Positions 54,125 through 64,000 of a stretch of 64,000 bases of DNA are shown here, piece by piece; position 1 is the first letter of the stretch, and every line of letters starts with the position of its first letter. This DNA is from Octopus vulgaris (taxonomy: Eukaryota): positions 132,556,001 to 132,620,000 of the forward strand of contig OX597818.1 in the NCBI GenBank assembly GCA_951406725.2, written 5' to 3'. The position numbers were made by a program, and so were the translations under genes. A model generated the notes under the pieces. It did no database searches. It was not told where the DNA came from and saw only the letters and a program-made list of their open reading frames with translations.

Positions 54125-55440
54125 TACCCGAGGAAGAACGTATGGCATTGTGGAGGTGCGTTTCACGACGGAGGATGAAGCGATTAAGCATTCAACAGAA
54201 GCAATACGAACAGAGGAATGGGTGTTTTTGCCGTCCTACTGTGGCAAACGTGTTGCCAGAGTAAGAGTTGGCAGAGTGCCGTCAGAGATAAAAGAAACAT
54301 GGCTGATGGTAGCCATCATATACAATATGGAGGAGGAGGCCAAGATTCTCAAGGCCACAAGAAACAAAAAGGGTGAACTATTGGGGATATGGCATATAAA
54401 TGGCCATTCAAGCTAGTATAGATGACCTCAATAGAATCGCGGAAGAAATAGTTCTGCCTGAGGACGTAAGGCTGCGAGTGATGGTGGAGGGTAGGCCGCC
54501 CATATGCTACGAATGTGGAGAAAAAGGCCACATAAAGGCGAGGTGCCCCAGAGAGAACAACAGATGGAACAGACAGAGAAGCAAGAGAGTGCAGACCAAG
54601 AGGTACAAGTCGAGGTAAAGGAGACAAGAACGGATGAAGGATTTACGGTAGTTAAAAAAGAAAGAGAAGTGATAGAGTAAGCTTTCCGCCAGAGAGGCAG
54701 AGAAAGAAGAAAGAAACGGTAGAGAAAGAGGTCATGAAGGAAGTCAGAAGGAAAGAATATAAAATGGTGGTTGACAAGGAGATCGAAAGAAACTTGAAAA
54801 GGAGCTCGAAGAGGAGTTGCAGAAGGAGGAGACAGCAGCAAAAACATTGATTGTACGAATAGAGGAATAGGATTCAGGAGAACAATTATACGAGGGTGAA
54901 ATAGAGAGATTATTTAGAGTGGAAAGAGAAAAGGTACCAGCAGTGGAGCAGGAAAAGAGAAAGCAAGTAAGAAAACCCCAAAAATATCGATGGAATTTTG
55001 TGACATATGCGAAAAACAAGGAAACAGAACGGAAAATAATGAAATTTAAGTCTATCATAAGGGTGAAGCTGCCTACAGACATTTATTCGGCGAATGTGAA
55101 GACCATTGTGATCGGCAGGGAGAAATAAAACAGGCTGAGAGATATGAGTGGAGAGGGAATTGATCCGCCAGGAGTAGCGGTGGATTTCGATGAATTGCCA
55201 CCGGTAGTGGAACTGAAAGATCTTGAACCTTTTATGAAATACTAAAAAAGGGAAAAAGTAAATAAAATTCTTTATCGGAAAAAAAGTTTAAAAAAAAGTA
55301 AAATGGGACTGCATGAGGAGTGGGGCCCATGCAGCCATTTCATTTTCCTTATATAACATCTTCATTTTCATTCGTTTTATGTTTTTTGTCCCTACCGTAA
55401 TGTTCGGTCTGTGTTATGGCCGTAGTGCCAAATAAAGAAA
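54125..55440 (+). mobile_element. ORF1-only retroelement copy 1 (5'-truncated, with 3' UTR and tail)
   Basis: RVARVRVGRVP, GRPPICYECGEKGHIKARCP zinc knuckle, stop at 55245, 3' UTR hairpin, ends AATAAAGAAA. Confidence 0.8.
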
Positions 55441-57150
55441 AGAGTACGTTGTAAGCGGTGAGACATATTTGCATCAATTGGAGTTAATTTTGTCGTGTTT
55501 TCTCGATTGCTGTTAGACGTAAGTCACTTTGTTAAATATTTGTTGAAGGTCTCCCCTCGTGGGTGTACCCAAGATTATTGATTGTAACTGTTGAAATTGC
55601 TGTTCTTGTTATTGTTGAATTGTTGTTCTTTTTCCCATTGCGGGAAAGATGGAGAAAGTGCCAGTAGGAGGCCACAGTTATGCGGCAGCAACTGGTAGAG
55701 AAATGGAGGTTGAAGCTTTGGAGGTCCGCGAAGTGAAAGTTGAGCCGAAGGAGATGAAAGAATGTGAGAAATTATTGAAAAGGGAGGGAAACACGTTGAG
55801 ACTAACGCCACCTGAGGAACTCACAAGTAGTATAACCAAGAGAATAGTGATTTTTAAAACACTGAAGGTGTCAAGTAGGAAGATCAAAATAGCAACAACT
55901 GAGGCTATTGAGAATTGTTTGAAGGATATTAAGAAATTCACAACGTTCATCACACGTGGAAGGAGGTATGGAAAAGTGGAGGTGCGTTTCGCGATGGAGG
56001 ACGAAGTGGTTAAGCACTCCACGGAAGCCATAAGAACGGAAGAATGGGTACTTTTGCCGACGTACTATGGCAAGCGTGTTGCCAGGGTGAGAGTTGGCAA
56101 AGTACCCCCAGAGATAAAGGAAACATGGCTGATGGCGGCCATAATATTTGACATGAAGGGAGATGCCAAGATACTCAAGGCAACGAAAACCAAAAGGTTG
56201 AATTATTGGAGGTAAGGCATAGAGATGGCCATACAAGCGAGTTTGGAAGACCTCAACAGAATTGCAGAAGAAATAGTTCTGCACGAGGATATAAGGCTGA
56301 GAGTGGTGGTGGTGGTGGGTAGGCCTCTCATATGCTACTTGTGTGGAGAAAAAGGGCCATATGAAGGCGACGTGCCCCCAGAAAGAAAATGAACAACAGA
56401 TGGAACAGACTGTGGCGCAGGAGAGTGTAGACTAAGTGGTACACTTCGATGTAAAGGAGGCAAGAACAGAGGAGGAATTCACGGTGGTCAAAAAGAGAAA
56501 GAGAAGTGAAAGAGTAAGCTCTCCGCCAGAGAGGCAGAAACAGAAAAAAGAAGTGGTTAAGGAGATGGCGAAAGAGGTTGTGAAGGAAGTCAGAAGAGAG
56601 GAAGGGGAGAAGATGGTTGACAAGGAGATTGAAAAGGAGCTTGAAGAGGAGCTCGAGGAGGGGTTTCAGAAGGCGGAGACAGCAGCAAGGACACTGGTTA
56701 TACCAGTGGAGGAAAATAATTTAGGCGAACAACTGTATGAGGGTGAAATGGCGAAACTATTCAGAGTGGAGGAGGAAAAAGAAAAAGTACCAGGAGTGGC
56801 GCAAGAAAAGGAAAAACAAGCAAGGAAGGCGAAAAAATACCGATGGAATTTGGTGACATACACTAAAAATAAAGAAACTGAACGGAAAATAATGAAATTT
56901 AAGTCCATTATAAGGGTTAAGTTGTCCACAGATGTGTATTCGGAGAACGTGAGGGCCATTGTGGTCGACAAGGAGAGGTACAACAGGCCGAAAAATATGT
57001 GTGGAAGAGGCATTGATACGGCATTGATAGTTGCGGTGGAATTTGATGAATTGCTACCAGTGGTTGAATTGAAAGATCTTGAACCTTTCATGGGATATTA
57101 AAAAAGGAAAAAAAGTAAAATCGTTTTATGTAAGAAAAAAAAAAGTAAAA
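55441..57150 (+). mobile_element. ORF1-only retroelement copy 2 (5' UTR plus whole ORF)
   Basis: Directly follows the tail of copy 1; homologous over 55950-57150. Confidence 0.8.
55649..57101 (+). pseudogene. gag-like ORF1p (RRM-like region, CX2CX4HX4C knuckle, E/K-rich coil, unknown C-terminal domain), about 480 codons
   Basis: ORFs 55649-56215 and 56436-57101 joined through two stops and one frameshift; architecture of L1/Tx1 ORF1 and ZCCHC3-like proteins. Confidence 0.75.
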
Positions 57151-57199
57151 TTGATTTATTTTAAAAAAGAAAACGATGATAAAGGAAAAAAACAAAGGA

Positions 57200-58631
57200 A
57201 TAATGAACGATTGGAAACGAGTGCGAGGAATATTCATGCAGTATATGGGGATCGAACAATAAGCGTAAGTTAGTGCCAACGGTGGTTCCAGAAATTCCGA
57301 GCCGGAAACTAGAGCCTAGAAGACGAGCCTCGTCCTGGAAGATCTGTAGAGCTCGACGAGAACATCCTGCAAACCCTGCTGGAATAAAATCCCCAGGTAA
57401 CTATTGAGGAACCAGCAAAGGAGCCTGGATTTGGTCATTCAACCATTCATCGAAACATGCGTGCTATCGGAAAAGTCAGCAGATTGGGTCAATGGGTTTC
57501 TCACAAACTTTCCGATTCTAATTGGATGGAAGCACTCCGTCGGTTACGACGATGAGGGTTCCGGTTGATCCGAATCAACGGAACAGCCTGCTCGTGAAAT
57601 TAACGTGTAAGTGGCTGAGCACTCCACAGACACGTGTACCCTTAGCGCAGTTCTCGGGGATATTCAGCGTGACACAGAGAGTGACAAGGCCGGTCCTTTG
57701 AAATACAGGTACAACAGAAACAGGAAGTAAGAGTGAGAGAATGTTGTGGTGAAAGAGTACAGCAGGGATCACCACCATCTCCTGCCGGAGTCTCGTGGAG
57801 CTTTAGGTGTTTTCGCTCAATAAACACTCACAACGCCCGGTCTGGGAATCGAAACCGCGATCCTACGACCGCGAGTCCGCTGCCCTAACCACTGGGCCAT
57901 TGCGCCTCCACTCCGAGTCTAATTACACGCAGAGTGAATGTGTGTTCTTTGGTGTCACGTCTCGCAAATGAACCTTTTCTGGACCGAATAGTAGTGACTG
58001 GTGATGAGAAATGAGTTCTCTATAAAATGCCAAGCGCCGAAGACAATGGGTAGGAAAAGGAGAAACACTGGCACCTCAGGCTAAAGAACATAAGGTGTTG
58101 CTATCTGTTTGGTGGGATATGAAGGGTTTAGTCCATTTCGAACTTTTAAACCCAAACCAAACGGTAAAAAAGATCTACTGTGAGCAGCTTGAGCTGCTTA
58201 AGTCAGCGCTCGAAAGAAAAGGACCGTCTTGGTTTCAAGACGAAAGGTGTTCTGCTATCAGGATAATGCTCGGCCACATACAGCGAGGATGACATTCCAA
58301 AGGCTGAAGCAGTTTGAATGGGAAACGATGCCCCACACACCATATTCACTGGACATTGCCCCATCTGATTATCATTTAATCCGCAGTCTTCAAAATCATT
58401 TGAACAGAAAAAAAAAATGAATTCTGTAGATGACGTCAGAACAGTAGTAGAGGAGTACTTTTCGTTATAGACAAGTGAATTTTGGAAGAGGAGGCCTTGC
58501 AAGTCTAGCAATTAGATAGAAGAGGATTGAAGGAAATGAAGGAGAGTATATTTTAGATTAAAAAAGAACTTTGTTTATCTTAATTTTGAAAAATAAAAGA
58601 AAAACTGCATTTTTTATGGGATGACGCAATA
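57200..58631 (+). mobile_element. mariner relic lacking left end, interrupted by SINE A
   Basis: ARNIHAVYG, CQRWFQKFRAG, VTGDEK, LLSVWWD, QDNARPH, HTPYSLDIAPSDYHL; right TIR ends GGGATGACGCAATA. Confidence 0.88.
57524..57911 (-). mobile_element. SINE family A, full length
   Basis: TSD TCCGAT/GTCTAATT. Confidence 0.95.
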
Positions 58632-58815
58632 TACATACATACATACATACATACATACATACACACATACATACATACATACATACACACATACATATAC
58701 ATACACTCACACATACATACAAACATGCATATATATATTTATGTTTGTGTGTGTCTCTCTCTATATATACATACATACACATATATTTACATATATATAT
58801 TGATAGATAGATACC

Positions 58816-58869
<54 letters not shown>

Positions 58870-58921
58870 ATGTATGTATGTACGTATGTATGTATATGTA
58901 TGTATGTATGTATGTATACAT

Positions 58922-59122
58922 ATTCTTTTAGTTGTTTCGGTCATTTGACTGCAGCCATGCTGGAGCACCGCCTTTAGTCGAGCAAATCGACCCCAGGACT
59001 TATTCTATCGTTTGTAAGCCTAGTACTTATTCTATCGGTCTCTTTTACCCAACCACTAAGTTACGGGAACGTAAACACACCATCTTCGCCTGTCGGGCGA
59101 TGTTGGGGCAAATACAGACACA

Positions 59123-59175
<53 letters not shown>

Positions 59176-59313
59176 CTTTCAGTTTCCGTCAACCGAATCT
59201 ACTCACAAGGCTTTGGTCGGCTCGAGGCTATAGTAGAAGACACTTGCTGTGGGACTGAACCTGGAACCATGTGGTTGATAAGCAAGCTACTTACCACAAC
59301 CATTCCTGCGCCT
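58922..59313 (-). mobile_element. SINE family D
   Basis: Head to tail with small deletions. Confidence 0.88.
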
Positions 59314-59395
59314 AATAAATTATTATTTCCATTATTTAAAATGATTAATAATTAAGTGGCCATCAAGTATAACCTATATAGGTAAAATATTGTAC

Positions 59396-59570
59396 AAATA
59401 AAGTAGGATACTGGAATACCACTTGCTAGAAATAGGAGTTAATACTCCAAAACCACAAATTTCTCACTCTTTGTTACATTCAACGTGCGTTTCTTAATAG
59501 TAAGAAATTTGTGAATTTGGAGTGTTAACTACTATTTCTAGCGAGTGGTATTCCGGCCCCTGCTTTATTT
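59396..59570. repeat. imperfect fold-back inverted repeat, arms about 68 bp
   Basis: GGAATACCACTTGCTAGAAATAG / CTATTTCTAGCGAGTGGTATTCC. Confidence 0.8.
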
Positions 59571-59626
59571 ATTTGCATACATACATGTGTGTATGTGTGT
59601 GTGTGTGCGTGCGTGTGTGGGTGTAT

Positions 59627-59665
<39 letters not shown>

Positions 59666-59997
59666 CGATGGTTTTTAGTAAGCAGTTTCGATTTTTACAA
59701 TTCTGTAAATGAAAATATTTTATAAGTTTAGAGGTTATAAGCGATCACCGTGTAATGACTAAAGAAAATAGTTGAATATTGGGGCATATAAATCCTCATA
59801 TATATATATATATATATATATATCATTATATACAAAAACTAAAAAAAATTTTAATAATTTTTTTAAATTAAAATAAATAAATAAATAAACTTTTTGTACA
59901 AGTTTTTACCGATAATGGTCCTTTTTCCATACAGAAACTACTTGGTAAAATTTTAAAATTATTTAATTAATAATTCTTTACTCTATATCTGTAATGA

Positions 59998-60080
<83 letters not shown>

Positions 60081-60207
60081 TATTTGGAGAAAAGAAAAGA
60101 AAAGAAACGAAACGACGAGAGGGCGCTCAGTCATACAATATTTTAATAAATAAAATATATGCATACATACATATATGTACGTACCTACATTTACATGTAT
60201 GTATACA

Positions 60208-60265
<58 letters not shown>

Positions 60266-60269
<4 letters not shown>

Positions 60270-60398
60270 CAATTAAGGGTTTAGCAACGAATTGCCTTAC
60301 CGCACACCGAATTTAGAAATAGCAGTCAAAGAGATTATAGCTATTTCTAAATTCGGTGTGCGGTAAAAGCAATTCGTTGCTAAACCCTTAATTGCTTA
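60266..60398. repeat. fold-back inverted repeat, arms about 58 bp
   Basis: TAAGCAATTAAGGGTTTAGCAACGAATTG / CAATTCGTTGCTAAACCCTTAATTGCTTA. Confidence 0.9.
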
Positions 60399-60636
60399 GT
60401 ATTACTTAAATTTTCCTCGAATGAGGCTTTTACATGCCGAAGACTACTTGGTGTAATTGATAATTATTCCAAATTAATTAATTTCACCCTTCATTGTTAC
60501 TCATAACTATATATATATATATATATATATACTACTAACAATATAGGATGAAGTCCCTTTCTCTACAGAAAAGGATTCCATCAAAAAGCGTGGCAGTATA
60601 TTAAAAAAACCTTTACGGTTGAAGTATAAACATCTT

Positions 60637-60778
60637 AACTTAGTGGTTGGGTAAAAGAGACCGATAGAATAAGTACTAGGCTTACAAACGATAGAATAAC
60701 TCCTGGGGTCGATTTGCTCGACTAAAGGCGGTGCTCCAGCATGGCTGCAGTCAAATGACCGAAACAAGTAAAAGAATA
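60637..60778 (+). mobile_element. SINE D 3' fragment, inverted duplicate of 58922-59063
   Basis: Shares private variants and flank with the 58922 copy. Confidence 0.85.
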
Positions 60779-60923
60779 TGTATACATACATATACATACA
60801 TACATACATCCATACATACATACATACATACATGCATACATACATATATATATATACATACATATAAGTGGATAAATCAGTGTATTGGCTATAGAATAAT
60901 CTTCTTTAGCCCTTAATTATAAG

Positions 60924-61008
<85 letters not shown>

Positions 61009-61554
61009 CTTCGTCATTGACAATGAGTGGCGAATGAAGACGGACTACCGTGTAACTGTGAGCGTTTGGATGGCCGCTATGCGGTTGCCCAAGTTGTAGG
61101 CGCAAATGTGAAACCGCACATTGCACAGCCACCACACCTGCGCACTGCCTGGAGGGAAGTGTGTGGTTATGCCATTCCTGTGTCTCCTCATCACAAGGGC
61201 GGTAATGATGCAACGAAAGTGAAACTAAACGGCAAAATGGGCGTTGCTGATTTGACATTGCACCACATCCTGTTCCCCTTTCTTGACGCCATAGTTGGTG
61301 TCAGCGTTATTGACGTTGTTCCCTTCTCCATCCCTTCTTCACCCCCCACTTCGTCATCGTCGTCTCTGTCAGCGTCGTCATAACCATTATTATCGTCATT
61401 ATCAACATTATCCATAACACCATTGTCGTCGCCGTCATCATCATCATCATCATCATCGTCGTCGTCGTTGTCATCGTCGTCATCGTTGTCATAGTAACCT
61501 CCCCAACTCCTTTTTTCTCCTTTTCTCTTTTTCTTCTAGATCCCGTCGTCCGTC

Positions 61555-61820
61555 TTCTTTTTACTTCTTCTTCTTCTTCTTTTTCTTCTTCTTCTTCTTC
61601 TTCTTCTTCTTCTTCTTCTTCTTCTTCTTCTTCTTCTTCTTCTTCTTCTTCTTCTTCTTCTTCTTCTTCTTCTTCTTCTTCTTCTTCTTCTTCTTCTTCT
61701 TCTTCTACTACTACTACTACTACTTCAACTACTACTTCAACTACTACTTAACTACTTCTTCTTTTTCTTCTTTTCTTCTTTTTCTTCTTCTTCTTCTTCT
61801 TCTTCTTCTACTACTATTAC

Positions 61821-61851
<31 letters not shown>

Positions 61852-61860
61852 CTTCCTCCT
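61555..61860. repeat. (CTT)n/(CTA)n microsatellite
   Basis: Direct reading. Confidence 0.95.
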
Positions 61861-62444
61861 CCTCCTCTTTCTCCTCCCCCTTTTCGTACTACTACTTCTC
61901 TTTCACCTTCTTCAATATTTTGCCTTTCCCCTTTTCTCCTCCTTCTCTACAACTATACTACTACTACTACTACTACTACTACTATTACTACTACTAGTCT
62001 CCTCCTCCTCCTCCTCCTCCTTACAGGCAGGCAATCGATCTGTTGATTATGTCTAGTTGACCTCCCCATTAATTCTAACATCTCACATGAACCTTTTGAC
62101 TTGTGGATTGGGATTTAGGAGAAGGATTAGGATTAAAATTAAGATTAGTTTCGAGAATTGGGTAAACCTGCTGTAAAAACAACTGTTTTCGTGTCTCTTC
62201 CCCGTATCTCCTCACAGACAACGAATATTATTTGATAATATATTCACGGTTCACTCTCACACAACACCAATTGTTGTTAGTCATCATCATCATCATCGTC
62301 GTTGTCGTGGTCATCCTCATCATCATTATCAACATCAAGAACTTCATTATTATAATAATTAAAAACGCCGTCATCATCATCATAACAATTATCTACACCA
62401 ACAAATTTCTAATAAATAAAAAAGTTCCTTCACCAAAATCAATT

Positions 62445-62603
62445 CTTTTTACTATCCACAAGGGGCTAAACATAGAGGGGACAAACAAAGACAGACATAG
62501 GTATTAAGTCGATTACATCGACCCCATTGCGTAACTGGTACTTATTTAATCGACCCCGAAAGGATGAAAGGCAAAGTCGACTCGGCGGAATTTGAACTCA
62601 CAA
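62445..62603 (-). mobile_element. SINE C 5'-truncated copy, followed by a decayed SINE D (62632-62799)
   Basis: Core and tail match family C. Confidence 0.8.
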
Positions 62604-62810
62604 CCTCAGTACTTATTTTTTTAAACCCCTGACGCTTATTCTATCGATCACTTTTGCTAAGTTTCGGGGACGTAAACAAACCAACACCATTCAAGCAGTG
62701 GTTGTGGCTATAGTAGAAGACATTTGCCCGAGTGGGACTGAATCCGGAGTCATGTGGTTGGGAAGTAAGCATCTTACCACACACCCACGCCTGCGCCTAT
62801 TAATTTTATA

Positions 62811-62885
<75 letters not shown>

Positions 62886-62890
62886 ATATA

Positions 62891-62931
<41 letters not shown>

Positions 62932-63063
62932 GTTGAGTTGTGGGGTATCGCACGAGTGGGATTATATAAGAAAAAAGGTTTGAAAATGCAATTTAAACGA
63001 TGTTTATTTACTTAACCGGTTTCACTCTTTGGTAAAAGATTGTCAAAAGTTACATTTAAGGAA

Positions 63064-63385
63064 ACATTGAATAATATGGGTTCAAAAAAAGTTTTTTACA
63101 TAATTGTCACATTGAATATTATGCATTCAAAAAAGTTTTTTACATAATTGTCACATTGGATATTATGGGTTCAAAAAAAGTTTTTTACATAATTGTCACA
63201 TTGAATATTATGCATTCAAAAAAGTTTTTTACATAATTGTCACATTGGATATTATGGGTTCAAAAAAGTTTTTTACATAATTGTCACATTGAATATTATG
63301 CATTCAAAAAAGTTTTTTACATAATTGTCACATTGGATATTATGAATTCAAAAATGTTTTTTTATACATAATTGTCACATTACAT
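63064..63385. repeat. about 44-bp minisatellite, about 7 copies, alternating variants
   Basis: ACATTGA/GATATTATG(CA/GG)TTCAAAAAAGTTTTTTACATAATTGTC. Confidence 0.9.
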
Positions 63386-64000
63386 GTATAAATATAGTGT
63401 TTGGTAACAGAGAAGTTCAATAGTATAATGAGAATATTTGGGAAAATTTGGCAGAAAAGGATAAAACAAATATATTATTGGGAATTGGTTGCGTTAATTA
63501 TTGGTTGTCGCAAATTGTCACATTACATGTATATATATACAATCTTTGGTATATATATACAGCGTTTTGACAGCAAAAATTAAAATGGATTTTTTGTACA
63601 TCTCAGAATATTTTAAGTATGTTTTTACTGACCTGTCAGTATTAGCAGAAAGGCTGAACTGAGAGAACAGAAGAAGTAGCCAATGTGGTGTATACTTCCC
63701 CTTTATGCATGAATGATTTTGGGGTTATCAGGAGGTTAGTATGCGGGTGTGAATAGATGTGTCCTTGCCTGCTGGTCAGACAGCGTCTGTTTGTCACACA
63801 CATATATATACACACAAACACACACACACACAACAACACACACACACACACACACATAGTATACAAACACACACCACATACAAACAACACACACACACAC
63901 AGAACACACACACCCACACACAACGCACCCACATATATCACATATACACACAGCACACAAATATAACATGTATCTATATATAACATACACATATATATAA

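Noticed and set aside
63632-63786. Minus-strand exon with good donor CAG|GTCAGT
   Set aside because: All three frames contain stops and the acceptor is weak; could only be non-coding, unsupported

Overview
AT-rich, microsatellite-saturated eukaryotic genomic DNA. The repeat repertoire is consistent with a cephalopod, most likely Octopus (inference from SINE types). No intact host protein-coding gene is evident; almost all listed ORFs are artefacts of (TA)n/(CA)n/(AAT)n tracts or SINEs. The window is a transposon graveyard containing at least four tRNA-derived SINE families (labelled A-D here, about 35 copies, many with TSDs), two decayed Tx1/L1-clade LINEs, one R4/Dong-type LINE, Penelope-like (PLE) RT relics, hammerhead-ribozyme-bearing mini-elements, three mariner relics, Tigger and Tc1/maT relics, three non-autonomous Helitrons, MITEs and minisatellites. 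Most notable: (i) a tRNA-headed element carrying a minimal hammerhead ribozyme and a 5' fold-back (39.9-40.25 kb); (ii) a head-to-tail pair of ORF1-only (gag-like, no RT) retroelements (54.1-57.1 kb) whose 3' stem-loop tail resembles the tail of SINE family C; (iii) SINE C multimers with an invariant junction located in the loop of the tRNA-like head hairpin. Two weak candidate terminal exons of a minus-strand host gene lie at 26.6-27.2 kb. All assignments were made by eye; boundaries of decayed elements are approximate.
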